Shown here: one piece after another, positions 50,433 through 60,668 of the stretch
Numbering within the stretch: position 1 is the first letter of the stretch
Layout of the letters: every line of letters starts with the position of its first letter
NCBI GenBank assembly: GCA_963666285.1
Contig: OY762711.1
Length of the DNA stretch: 64,000 nucleotides
DNA from: Sedimentisphaerales bacterium
Lineage (GTDB): Bacteria > Planctomycetota > Phycisphaerae > Sedimentisphaerales > SM23-30
Reading direction: 5' to 3' (one strand)
Notes under the pieces: model-generated
Seen by the model: the letters and a program-made list of their open reading frames with translations, nothing else
The model's database searches: none
Told to the model about the DNA's origin: nothing
Position numbers and translations under genes: made by a program

Positions 50433-50461
50433 AAAAAAGCCGGGCTAACAATACCCGGCTT
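50433..50461 (-). terminator. Terminator after the NYN gene
   Basis: AAGCCGGG...CCCGGCTT with a U6 tail on the minus strand. Confidence 0.7.
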
Positions 50462-50477
50462 ATATCAATATTTTCTT

Positions 50478-51164
50478 CTATTTATGATTTGTAACTGATG
50501 CTTCCTGTTCAGTTGGCTGGTCTTTCCATTTATCCGGTTTGTGGATAATGCGTCCATCTGCCAATTCGACCACTTCAGGTAATTGACTGGAGGCTAGATG
50601 CTTTTCTGTCATCTTCATATAGAAATCTGCCTCCTGTTTGAGATATTTGGAACCACGGGCAATAGGTATAATAACCCCAATTGTCTTTTCCGGGAATGAT
50701 TCCTTAACCGCATGCATTGCCGGAATAAGGTCACTGTCACCGGTAATTATCATTGCGGTATCATATTTATCCTGAACAGCATTGCGGAACAGCTCGATTG
50801 CTATATTAACATCAGTCTGTTTTTCTTCCCAGGTCTCATAGACCTCATGACACATGCGGCAGTACCTGTTCTTCTTTTTATATACGCCCTGTACAATCTC
50901 AACATCATTGCCGCGGTTGGCATTGACCAGCTTTCTTTGACGGATAAGCTTATCGGTACTGTACGGTATATAAGCAGTGAAAAACTGAATGGAAGTTATT
51001 TCATCTTTCTTTTTTATATAACACTGGCAAAGCTTGCGATAATCAAGCCATTTGTACTTACGGTATTTTTTGACCCGTAAGGCATGGTACATATTAAAAC
51101 TGTCGATAAAAAACGCTATTCGTCGACCGGGCCGGCCGTCAACCTTACTCTCTTTTGACATCAT
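50478..51164 (-). CDS. NYN domain (LabA/DUF88 PIN-like) putative ribonuclease
   Basis: FFIDSFNMYH; EEKQTDVNIA; IITGDSDLIP. Confidence 0.92.
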   Translation of the reverse strand: MMSKESKVDGRPGRRIAFFIDSFNMYHALRVKKYRKYKWLDYRKLCQCYIKKKDEITSIQFFTAYIPYSTDKLIRQRKLVNANRGNDVEIVQGVYKKKNRYCRMCHEVYETWEEKQTDVNIAIELFRNAVQDKYDTAMIITGDSDLIPAMHAVKESFPEKTIGVIIPIARGSKYLKQEADFYMKMTEKHLASSQLPEVVELADGRIIHKPDKWKDQPTEQEASVTNHK

Positions 51165-51639
51165 GCGTTCCTTTTATTGCCGTAGTCGGAAATACAACTC
51201 GTTTACCTCGCAACGATAGCATGCAGAACCAGTTTTTATTACGTTACCAGCACGATAGCCAACCTGGTCCGGCAAATTCAAATGTATCGAGTACAGTAAC
51301 CTACTCACGGCGAGTCATGCGAACATGACTACTTGTTTATTTGTCCGGGCCTGCTCTCCGGTCAGCCCGGCAAAGTCTTTAGACATTTATAAACTTTATA
51401 CATGATATTATCCGATCGCCTTTAAAGTAAAAATAATGCCATTAACACTTATTCCCACGCTCGAACAAAATAATATCAATTATAAAGGTTATAAAATGCT
51501 TCCTCGCTATTATTATCGGTCCATAAATCCAGGACCCTTTAATCGTTATTTTAGTAACAGTAAATGAAATACTATACTATAGTACGGTTTCGCACTATTG
51601 ACTGTTCAACGTTATACGCAAAGGCCGGAAGAGGGCCAA

Positions 51640-51717
51640 TTAAGTGAAAAACGAATAGTGAAAAATGAAAAATTAAGGTGTTCGACTATCGTCTCACGTT
51701 TTGTTTAATATTAAAGC
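51640..51717 (-). repeat. Third, inverted copy of the hairpin + heptamer unit found at 42349-42421 and 42806-42876
   Basis: Reverse complement AAACAAAACGTGAGACGATAGTCGAACACCTTAATTTTTCATTTTTCACTATTCGTTTTTCAC. Confidence 0.8.
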
Positions 51718-51913
51718 GTTGCAGAAAGGCCCTTTATAGGCGATTTTTACAACTTAAAAACTGCGAAAGTAAACCTAATATATAGTACATATTTATATTA
51801 TGAGGTTAAAAAGCTATTCAGACAAATAATTAACAGTCATTGTCGAAATATCTCTAAAAAATGTTGAAAAAGAGGTCACATTTAGAAAATGGTACTACCA
51901 CAGAGATTGGGAT

Positions 51914-51998
51914 AAAAAAAATCCCCAATCCACCGGGATCTGGGGGGCCAGGGTATATTGCATACCCATGGGGATGAATTTGATCGATTGTTTTTAGG
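51914..51998 (-). ncRNA. Candidate small structured RNA or attenuator
   Basis: GC-rich island with two hairpins and a U8 tail directly downstream of a consensus promoter. Confidence 0.45.
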
Positions 51999-52004
51999 TA
52001 ATTA

Positions 52005-52033
52005 ATTGTAACACTGATAATCGTCATTTTCAA
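52005..52033 (-). promoter_or_regulatory. Sigma70-type promoter
   Basis: Minus strand TTGAAA-17 nt-TACAAT. Confidence 0.55.
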
Positions 52034-52334
52034 GTATTCTCTTAAAAAAAATGGCCTTTTTCACACTAAACAACCAATTTCTGAGTTGTAAATACCGGTA
52101 TTTATGAAAGTAACACTAACTGGTTTACTGCAAAATATTGGTCAATAATTATAAATTTTTTAGAGAACATATTATTTCAAATGGGCAATATATACAAAAA
52201 ATACCTAAAATATCGATAGTACTTACAAATTCTTATTGGCAAAGAACCAACTTACTACAATTTAAGTATAGATATTATTGGTTTGAAGCAGTAGATAATG
52301 TACAAAAAGAAAAGTTAATATCTGGAGATACCAA

Positions 52335-53729
52335 ATGAGAAAAATAGTATTGCTCGTAATTATATCAACATTTTCAACTTTTGTAATGGGCCAGCAAAAC
52401 TATAGCAGAAAAACCCCTGTTGTTGAAGCATTTGACCTGAATAAAGATGCAGTAGTCAATATTGCCAGTAAACAACATGTCCGGGTTCGAGATAGATTCT
52501 GGGGTGATTTCCCATTTGGTGAAAGAAAAGTAGAAATTCCATCTCTGGGCTCCGGTTTTATCATCGATCACCGTGGTTATATTATCACAAACGCCCATGT
52601 CGTTGAAGATGCCGATGACATTACTATCATAATGGCAGACAGGGTAAGCAAATACCAGGCTAGAAAAGTTGCAGTTGACCGTGTAGTCGATCTGGCAGTT
52701 CTAAAGATAGATGTCGATAAAGTATTGCCAACAGTAACTTTAGGAAGATCGTCCGACCTGATGATAGGTGAAACAATCCTGGCAATTGGTAACCCGTTCG
52801 GCTACAACCACACTCTAACAGACGGTATTGTCAGTGCTATCCATGAAGATTTGGTAATGGATGACGGCAGGACGGTAAATATGATCCAAATATCCGCCCC
52901 GATTAACCCCGGTAACAGCGGCGGCCCTTTGATAAACATAAATGGTGAATTAGTTGGTATTAATACGGCAATTCGAGAATCAGCTGAAGGAATCGGCTTT
53001 GCTATTCCAATAGATGTATTGCGAGATAAATTACCGGATATGATTAATGTTGAAAAGCTCCGCAGAATGGATTTTGGCTTACAAGTTCAAGATTATTGTC
53101 TGAACCATAAACCAGATGAACGAGCCAAAGTAAACGGCCTGGAAGTCTTGCAGGTAAGACCTGGTAGCTATGCCGCGAGTCTTGGCTTAAAAAAAGGTGA
53201 TGTCATCACCAGCATTAATAATAAACCAGCAGACTGTGCCGTAAGCTTTTATTTTGACATATTAGAATCGCAATATGGTGAAAGTCTCGATTTCCAGGTA
53301 AAACAGGCTAAATCAGACTCACTAAAGGATATTGCAATGACAATTCAGGAGCGCCCCAAACCAGATGCATCAGTTCTGGCTGAGGCATTATTCGGGCTGA
53401 GGGTTAAACCACTCACAGAAAAGATGGCCGGCCAATACGGCATATATGGCGAACTGGGACAGCCGGTGGTTGTTAGCGTGGAAAGAAACTCCCCTGCTGA
53501 TATCGCCGGAATTGAGCCAAAAGATATCATCATTGGTATTGATAATGACGGCATCCGAAGTATTGACGAACTGGCTAATAAGATAGAACTTATGCCTAAT
53601 GATGCTATGACGAAAGTAACAATTAACAGAACATCAAAGAGCGGCTGGAATACTATAATTAAGAGATATCAAACAACTCTTAAGACTAAGAGCAAAGAAG
53701 GTATTTCTGGTAAAAAATATGATTTATAA
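52335..53729 (+). CDS. htrA: HtrA/DegP-family serine protease with two PDZ domains
   Basis: GSGFII, TNAHV, DLAVLK, INPGNSGGPL. Confidence 0.93.
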   Translation: MRKIVLLVIISTFSTFVMGQQNYSRKTPVVEAFDLNKDAVVNIASKQHVRVRDRFWGDFPFGERKVEIPSLGSGFIIDHRGYIITNAHVVEDADDITIIMADRVSKYQARKVAVDRVVDLAVLKIDVDKVLPTVTLGRSSDLMIGETILAIGNPFGYNHTLTDGIVSAIHEDLVMDDGRTVNMIQISAPINPGNSGGPLININGELVGINTAIRESAEGIGFAIPIDVLRDKLPDMINVEKLRRMDFGLQVQDYCLNHKPDERAKVNGLEVLQVRPGSYAASLGLKKGDVITSINNKPADCAVSFYFDILESQYGESLDFQVKQAKSDSLKDIAMTIQERPKPDASVLAEALFGLRVKPLTEKMAGQYGIYGELGQPVVVSVERNSPADIAGIEPKDIIIGIDNDGIRSIDELANKIELMPNDAMTKVTINRTSKSGWNTIIKRYQTTLKTKSKEGISGKKYDL

Positions 53730-53751
53730 TAATATTGGATATTTTTAATAA

Positions 53752-54273
53752 ATGAAAACACTATTAGAAAAAATGCAGTTTAAATACTGCCCGAAATGTT
53801 CCAGCGGAAATCTGTCAGTTCGCCACGGAAAAGCGGTATATTGTGCAGATTGTGATTATTTATACTTTCACAATAACGCCGCAGCAGTATCAGTCATAAT
53901 TGAACACGCCGGCAAAATAATATTAGTAAAACGAGGGCGTGAACCTAAAAAAGGAATGCTTGACCTACCGGGAGGCTTTGTCGACCCAGGTGAATCATTT
54001 GAACAATGCGCTCATCGCGAGATCAGTGAAGAACTTGGTATAAACATAGAAAATCTTAAATACTATGATTCTGCGGCAAACAGCTATATTTACCGCGGAG
54101 TGGAATATACAACAACTGATTGTGTAATGACATGCTCTACACCTAATTTTGACCAAATTGCACCAAATGATGATGTGAGTGATTATGTTTTATTAGCTAA
54201 AAATGAAATCAATATTGACGATATTGCCTTTGTATCTACTAAAGAAATACTGAAAAAATACATATTGGAATAA
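53752..54273 (+). CDS. NUDIX hydrolase with N-terminal Zn ribbon
   Basis: CPKC..CADC; GGFVDPGESFEQCAHREISEELG Nudix box. Confidence 0.93.
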   Translation: MKTLLEKMQFKYCPKCSSGNLSVRHGKAVYCADCDYLYFHNNAAAVSVIIEHAGKIILVKRGREPKKGMLDLPGGFVDPGESFEQCAHREISEELGINIENLKYYDSAANSYIYRGVEYTTTDCVMTCSTPNFDQIAPNDDVSDYVLLAKNEINIDDIAFVSTKEILKKYILE

Positions 54274-54309
54274 TCTTTCACCCCTTGAATATTATTCAGT
54301 TCAACAATT

Positions 54310-56244
54310 TTACGGATTGACAATAGCTTCCAGCTCTTCCCATCGTGCATATGCTTCAGCAAGCTGAGTATCAAGCTGAGTTACTTTATCCGAAGCCTGG
54401 GTAATAAGGGCATGATCCTGTTTGTAAAATTCCGGATCAGCCATCCGGTCATGAATAGATTGAATTTCTTCTTCCAGTTTTTCGATTTTGGCCGGAAGTT
54501 CCTGAAGCTCTTTATTTTCTTTGAAAGTAAGTTTTCTTGGCTGAGCCCCTTTTATTTGCTCTTTGCGAGCCAGCCGATCAGCTTTTTTCTGTTCTTTCTC
54601 GGCCTTTTTATCCAGATCAACAGCAATTTTCTTTTCTGCAGCGTCAGACTGAATTAACCAGTCATCATACCCACCGCCATATTCCTTTACCAGACCATTA
54701 CCTTCGATGGCAATCGTACTGGTGACAACATTATTCAGGAAATCCCGGTCATGGCTAACCATAAGAACCGTTCCATCATAATCAATTAAGAGCTCTTCAA
54801 GTAATTCAAGAGTTTCCAGGTCAAGATCATTAGTTGGCTCATCGAGTACAAGCACATTTGAAGGTTTAGCAAACAACTTGGCGAGCAGAAGTCGATTTCG
54901 TTCTCCACCGGATAAATTTGCAACAGCATTACGAGCCTGTTTAGGAGTAAACAGGAAATCCTGCAAATAACCAAGCACATGCCGGGGCTTATTATTTATG
55001 ACCATCGTATCCCCGGTAGGAGATAAGTTATATTGGACAGTCTGCTCCAAATCAAGAGTAGAATGCAGCTGGTCAAAATAGGCGACTTCCAGATTTGTGC
55101 CATGACGCACGTGTCCCGGAGAGGGTTTGAGCTCTTTCAACATAAGTTTGATTAGAGTGGACTTACCGGAACCGTTAGGTCCAATAATACCAATCCTGTC
55201 ACCCCTGAGAATAAGAGTGGAAAATTCCCTAACAATAGGGTCAACCTTATCGGTATTATAGCTAAAAGTGATATCTTTTACTTCGATAACTTTTCTGCCT
55301 GACGCAGGGCCAGACTGAAGATCAATTTTTGCCTTGCCGGTAACTTCCTTACGCTGCTTTCTTTCGTCCCGCATATCCAAAAGCCTTCGAACGCGGCCTT
55401 CGTTGCGTTTTCGTCTCTCTTTGACCCCCTGCCTTATCCACACTTCCTCTTCGGCCAGTTTCTTATCAAATAGTTCGTTTCTTCGTGCCTCTTCAGTAAG
55501 CAGGTTTTCTTTTCGCTCGAGATATTTTTCGTAATCACAATCAAAGCTGAGCACCCTGGTACGATCAATATCGATAATGCGGGTGGCCATATTCTTTAGA
55601 AAAGCGCGATCATGAGTGACAAAAACAAGGGTACCATCAAATTTGAGCAGGAAATTCTCAAGCCATAAAATCGCTTCGATATCAAGATGGTTGGTAGGCT
55701 CGTCCAGAAGTAAAATATCCGGTTCAGAGACAATGCCGCGAGCGAGCAAAACCCGTCGTTTCATTCCGGCAGAAAGAGAAGCAAAATTAGCATCCGGGTC
55801 AAGAGCCATCCTGGTTATAATTGCTTCAGCCTGCTGATTAGCCTGCCAGGCTTCAGCGGCATCCATTTCAGCCTGCAGCTTATCCAGTCTTTCGGCATAT
55901 TCCATATCACCGGTTTCAGCGAGCAAATGAGAAGCATGGTGATAATCGGCAATAAGAGAACTTACATTACCCAGGCCTCCGGCAACAACAGAAAAGACGT
56001 CATCATTGCTGCCCGTTGGCACCTGCTGCTCAAGATAAGCAGTCTTAAGCCCCTGCCTCCTGCTAACTTCACCAGAATCCGGATTAAGTTCGCCTGTAAT
56101 AAGCTTCATCAAAGTAGATTTGCCGGCACCATTTCTACCTAGCAGGCAGATTCTCTCACCAGGCTGAACAGAAAGTTCAACGTTTTCAAGAACAGGCGGT
56201 CCGCCATATGACAGGGTAACATTTTTAAGATTTATCAAAGCCAT
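54310..56244 (-). CDS. uup: ABC-F family ATPase Uup
   Basis: Two ABC domains without TMs; EEVWIRQGVKERRKRNEGRVR linker; C-terminal coiled coil. Confidence 0.93.
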   Translation of the reverse strand: MALINLKNVTLSYGGPPVLENVELSVQPGERICLLGRNGAGKSTLMKLITGELNPDSGEVSRRQGLKTAYLEQQVPTGSNDDVFSVVAGGLGNVSSLIADYHHASHLLAETGDMEYAERLDKLQAEMDAAEAWQANQQAEAIITRMALDPDANFASLSAGMKRRVLLARGIVSEPDILLLDEPTNHLDIEAILWLENFLLKFDGTLVFVTHDRAFLKNMATRIIDIDRTRVLSFDCDYEKYLERKENLLTEEARRNELFDKKLAEEEVWIRQGVKERRKRNEGRVRRLLDMRDERKQRKEVTGKAKIDLQSGPASGRKVIEVKDITFSYNTDKVDPIVREFSTLILRGDRIGIIGPNGSGKSTLIKLMLKELKPSPGHVRHGTNLEVAYFDQLHSTLDLEQTVQYNLSPTGDTMVINNKPRHVLGYLQDFLFTPKQARNAVANLSGGERNRLLLAKLFAKPSNVLVLDEPTNDLDLETLELLEELLIDYDGTVLMVSHDRDFLNNVVTSTIAIEGNGLVKEYGGGYDDWLIQSDAAEKKIAVDLDKKAEKEQKKADRLARKEQIKGAQPRKLTFKENKELQELPAKIEKLEEEIQSIHDRMADPEFYKQDHALITQASDKVTQLDTQLAEAYARWEELEAIVNP

Positions 56245-56255
56245 AAAATTACAAT

Positions 56256-56915
56256 TTATCCCTTAAGACCTTTAATAGCCTCTACCGGGTCAGAACTGCC
56301 AAAAACAGCGTTACCGGCAACAATTGTATCAGCCCCGGCAGCAATAATCTGCGGAGCGGTTGTCCCAGGGTAAATACCGCCATCAACTTCTAATCGCTGG
56401 TCCGATCTAAGCATAGCTTTTAATTCCCTGCAACGATCCAGGCTTTCGGGTATAAATGACTGGCCGCCAAAGCCAGGCTCCACCGTCATAAGAAGTACCA
56501 TATCAACATCCGCAATAACAGGTTTGAGCGAAGCAACCGGGGTACCGGGTTTAATAGAAATACCAACAGCAGCTCCAAGCCCTCGAATATGCTGAATGAC
56601 CTTGGCAGAATCATCAACAGCTTCGAGGTGGAAAGTTATTCCATCAGCACCAGCTTTAACATACTCAGTGGAGTACTTAACCGGGTCTGAAATCATCAGG
56701 TGGACATCGAAGAATAAATCACTATGAGGTCGAATCGCTTTTACAACTAAAGGACCGATAGTAATATTTGGGACAAAGTGGCCGTCCATAACGTCTACAT
56801 GCAGCATTTTAACTTCAGGTTCAACCCTGGCAATATCGGCAGCAAGTGAACTGAAATCTGCGCTGAGAATAGATGGAGCTATTTCTATGGTTCCTGTCGG
56901 CGGTAGTTTTTTCAT
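56256..56915 (-). CDS. rpe: Ribulose-phosphate 3-epimerase
   Basis: IAPSILSADF; HVDVMDGHFVPN; PGFGGQ; EVDGG. Confidence 0.98.
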   Translation of the reverse strand: MKKLPPTGTIEIAPSILSADFSSLAADIARVEPEVKMLHVDVMDGHFVPNITIGPLVVKAIRPHSDLFFDVHLMISDPVKYSTEYVKAGADGITFHLEAVDDSAKVIQHIRGLGAAVGISIKPGTPVASLKPVIADVDMVLLMTVEPGFGGQSFIPESLDRCRELKAMLRSDQRLEVDGGIYPGTTAPQIIAAGADTIVAGNAVFGSSDPVEAIKGLKG

Positions 56916-56961
56916 TATGCTTTTCCCTTAAAACTTATAATTACGTTATTCACAAATTATA

Positions 56962-57633
56962 TCAGGAACTGTAATCATATAATTTTTTCTTATATTTTTT
57001 CCTGAGCTCATTCTGCATATCACATATTTCAGAATAGACTCTCTGCAATAATTCATTTTTATCCATAGATTTCACCTCATCAGCAGAAATAACTTTGCCA
57101 TATTGAATCCTAACAGAAGCCGGACGCGGCAACTTATTGTGCCTTGGCCAGGCTTCGAATGTGCCATCAATTACAGCAGGTACAATGGAAGCTTTTGCCT
57201 TTCGGGCAATAAGGACAAAACCATTTTTAAACTCTTTAACCTTCCCAGAATCACTTCTTGTTCCCTCAGGAAACATCATAACAGCCCGCTGCTGCTTGAG
57301 CCTGTCAACAATATCCCGAATAGCAGATAAATCAGCTGAATCACGCTTTACAGGAAAAGCATTTAGTTCACTGATTATACTGCCAAAACGCCCCTTAAAA
57401 AGTGAATCACGAGCCATAAAGCTCAATTCACGATCCATTCCAATAGCACATACAATCGGGTCAAGATAACTCTGGTGGTTACAAGCTATAAGAACCGGCC
57501 CCTCAACAGGTATATTTTCTTTGCCAAACGACCGAAATCGAAAAAGAATCGAAAAAATCAGGTGAAATGTACCCCTGACTCTGCGATAAAACGGCTTGAT
57601 TTTAGGATATTGCTTATTTGCTGTCATTTTCAA
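56962..57633 (-). CDS. plsC: 1-acyl-sn-glycerol-3-phosphate acyltransferase
   Basis: NHQSYLD; FPEGTRS. Confidence 0.92.
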   Translation of the reverse strand: MKMTANKQYPKIKPFYRRVRGTFHLIFSILFRFRSFGKENIPVEGPVLIACNHQSYLDPIVCAIGMDRELSFMARDSLFKGRFGSIISELNAFPVKRDSADLSAIRDIVDRLKQQRAVMMFPEGTRSDSGKVKEFKNGFVLIARKAKASIVPAVIDGTFEAWPRHNKLPRPASVRIQYGKVISADEVKSMDKNELLQRVYSEICDMQNELRKKYKKKLYDYSS

Positions 57634-57738
57634 TCATTTCCTTTATAAGGGGGTGAATTATACAGGAAAATGACAATATTTTCAAGAACAAGAATTTGAG
57701 CAGAATTGGATCTCAACAAAGGAAAAATACCAGGAAAA

Positions 57739-59745
57739 TTATCTTAGAGGGGTGACAGATAACTGGTCGTCAGAGATTCGCAAAGAAACATGAGATAAGC
57801 GGTCAGTAATACATTCTTTTACATCACCGATTGAAAAACAAACCATAGGAACAATGTGATTTTCAATATTTATTCTTACTGACTGCATGTCCGATGCAAA
57901 AGCCTTTTGCTGAGCAATCATACATTGTTCTTCATATTGAGCAGCCTTTGAAAGAATTTCTTTAACACGGACAAGCTTGGAAGATATTTCATCCTTACGA
58001 TATTCAGGCATCGCTTTCAGCTTTTCGGCAATATCCGGATCCGCCAAATTCAGCCCAATTGTTTTCTGTATTTTTGCCGCTTCAGTATTGAAAGCAGAAA
58101 TGGCTGTTTTACACAACTTAAGTTTCTCATAAATCTGCGTATCTACCCCGCACATAATATTAGTTGGTTCAGATACACTTCCAACAGAATGGAGATAGAT
58201 ACTTCCCAAGACACTGAGGTTGCCTCCTATTATCGCCCCTCTTTCTTTTCCTGAAACTCCTCGCCCTTCAACATATAAGCTTCCGCGACAAGTTATTTCC
58301 GATTCCATTATATAACGCACAACAGAAAGATTTCCCAAAACCCTGAGCGTAGCAGCCTGAACATATCCTATTTCGGCATCCCCAGATACCAGGATTTCAC
58401 TTTTATGGCCGAATACTCCTTTATAAACTATCAAGTCACGGCACCTGACCTTTGCACCAGCTTCAATACTACCTTCCACAATAAGTGTCTTTTCACATTC
58501 AACCGAATAGCCACTAAGGATGTTACCTTTAATAATAACTGATTCCGGCCCTTTTTCGATTTTCCCGGTTTCCGGACCGACATTGCCGGATATAATAATT
58601 GAATCAGAAACACTTATTTTGTTATCACCGTAAATAAGACATCCATTATCAGTTGCAATCAAAACCTGCTTTTCGCCTAAATCCTGAGAAAATATTCTCT
58701 CCCCAACTTGAACATGAAGCAGCTCAGAATTTCCAGGCTCAATTACCTGCCCTGTCACATCTTTGCCGGGAACCCCAGGTGAAGCCTTAAATACTTCTGC
58801 GATTCCCTGATCCTGCTTCACCATACAGTAAGAAGTAAAATCAGCATAGTTTACCCGATCTTCGCTGTCATCTTCAGGTTTATTATCCAGCTGGACAAAT
58901 AAATTCACCCTACAGGGAGAAGCTTCAATTGCCGGGCGACCTTTGGCAACAGTAAGAAACACAGGGTTACGACCTGAAACCGAGTAGAAATAACTGACTT
59001 TGTCTTTCAGGTCTGTTAATTCCAGACACCTCTGCTCTGCAATAGTCTCCCTGGTAAATTGTTCAGTAACAGCATCAACAATTGTCCCGATATCCTGGTC
59101 TTCATTAGCAGGTAACAGGTTAAGAACAACTTTCATTTTATCTTCTGCAATTTTCAACGGCGGAATTATATGCAACTGATCCTTGGGACAAACAGCAACA
59201 TAGCCCGTCTTTTCAGCAATAAACTTATATCCATCTTTCGTTTTATCAAACTTTGTATTGGCACCAGCCTTCAAATCAAAAGGAACCGGTTTCATACTGA
59301 TTTTGCGATTATATATATCATTCGAATCGGCAAGATCGACAGATAATATATCACTCCCCTCGGTAACAAAAGCTGCTGTAATACCGGTTACTGACACAGC
59401 TCCAGCATCATTTAAAGCCCAGTAAGTATTTCTTGCATTGTTAATAAAATCAACCAGCTGCTGTGAAGTCGGCTTATCATTGAAACTCAACTTAATATCA
59501 TGAGACAACCTGGCACTGGCAACAACAACACCCTGCACCGGATGACCTGATTCCAAAGCCTGACTTAAAGCAGTAGCTATAGCATCAGTATGCACGTGCC
59601 TGACAACATTATGTTCCGCCAAAAAAGCTAAATAATAATCAAGCGACAACTCAATACCATAAGTATCAAATGCCGGAAAGTAATCGATTACGGCTTCAGA
59701 ACCGTCAGGATTGCATTTAATTTTAATATCTGCAAGAGATGTCAT
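57739..59745 (-). CDS. FapA/DUF342 family protein
   Basis: PGVPGKDVTG; GNVGPETGKI; beta-solenoid with GAIIGG; C-terminal coiled coil. Confidence 0.8.
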   Translation of the reverse strand: MTSLADIKIKCNPDGSEAVIDYFPAFDTYGIELSLDYYLAFLAEHNVVRHVHTDAIATALSQALESGHPVQGVVVASARLSHDIKLSFNDKPTSQQLVDFINNARNTYWALNDAGAVSVTGITAAFVTEGSDILSVDLADSNDIYNRKISMKPVPFDLKAGANTKFDKTKDGYKFIAEKTGYVAVCPKDQLHIIPPLKIAEDKMKVVLNLLPANEDQDIGTIVDAVTEQFTRETIAEQRCLELTDLKDKVSYFYSVSGRNPVFLTVAKGRPAIEASPCRVNLFVQLDNKPEDDSEDRVNYADFTSYCMVKQDQGIAEVFKASPGVPGKDVTGQVIEPGNSELLHVQVGERIFSQDLGEKQVLIATDNGCLIYGDNKISVSDSIIISGNVGPETGKIEKGPESVIIKGNILSGYSVECEKTLIVEGSIEAGAKVRCRDLIVYKGVFGHKSEILVSGDAEIGYVQAATLRVLGNLSVVRYIMESEITCRGSLYVEGRGVSGKERGAIIGGNLSVLGSIYLHSVGSVSEPTNIMCGVDTQIYEKLKLCKTAISAFNTEAAKIQKTIGLNLADPDIAEKLKAMPEYRKDEISSKLVRVKEILSKAAQYEEQCMIAQQKAFASDMQSVRINIENHIVPMVCFSIGDVKECITDRLSHVSLRISDDQLSVTPLR

Positions 59746-60659
59746 TCCAAACCTTTAATCAATTTGTCGATATTATTAAGCATTTGCGGAGTCTGGATTT
59801 TCATTGTATGGTGCGTTAAAGCAATTGTTATCAATGCCAGATACGACTCATATTCGCTGCTTACATCATCATAAGAGACACCATAATTTTTTATTACAAT
59901 TCCACCGTATACAATACCGTCATTTATTACAGGTGCAATAATTAACTGATCATCAACATACACTTCTGTCCTCTTCAAAGCTTCCCTGACCTGAATCATA
60001 ACACCATTATCAGATATCATCTCATGATGATCTTTGAAATATCCTACATTGTCAATATTGGAAAAGACACTCACACTTTCGGCATTAAACAGATCAGAAA
60101 AATATGGAATAATTGCCTTGCAGAACAAATCAAGATCAGAGCCATTAAGCAACATTCTCATCATTACAAGTTCACTTTGAATATGAGCAGTACGCTTACC
60201 AACCTGTTCTTCGAGTGTCTCTGCCCATTGAACGAGTTCTTTGTTTTTTATTTCTAACTCTTGCGTCAGTTTTCGTTTTTCTGACTGAGAGTTATAATAA
60301 TCAATTGCATTTCCAATGGTAATCCTGATATCTTCAGGCTGCCATGGTTTGATCATATATCTCCAGATATGACCCCTGTTAACAGCATCAATGACCATTT
60401 CAATATCTGTATAAGCAGACAATACCATCTTAATTGAATAAGGTGATATCGCATTTGCCCTGCAAATCAATTCGATGCCATCCATCCCCGGCATATTCAC
60501 ATCAGTAATTATCAAACACACATGATGCTCCTGGAGAAGCTCAAGTGCCTGAGAAGCATTTTCAGCAGTAACTACTTCATAAGGAGCATTTCTCAAACAT
60601 CTCTTAAGTGAGTTCAATACCCCGATTTCATCATCAACAATTAGTATTTTCCGTTTCAT
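59742..60659 (-). CDS. Response regulator (receiver, coiled coil, GAF-like region)
   Basis: ILIVDDE, ITDVNMPGMDG, KPW. Confidence 0.9.
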   Translation of the reverse strand: MKRKILIVDDEIGVLNSLKRCLRNAPYEVVTAENASQALELLQEHHVCLIITDVNMPGMDGIELICRANAISPYSIKMVLSAYTDIEMVIDAVNRGHIWRYMIKPWQPEDIRITIGNAIDYYNSQSEKRKLTQELEIKNKELVQWAETLEEQVGKRTAHIQSELVMMRMLLNGSDLDLFCKAIIPYFSDLFNAESVSVFSNIDNVGYFKDHHEMISDNGVMIQVREALKRTEVYVDDQLIIAPVINDGIVYGGIVIKNYGVSYDDVSSEYESYLALITIALTHHTMKIQTPQMLNNIDKLIKGLE

Positions 60660-60668
60660 TTTTTCCTC

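Noticed and set aside
52138..52338. 66-aa ORF upstream of htrA
   Set aside because: TTG start, no RBS, AT-rich promoter-like DNA
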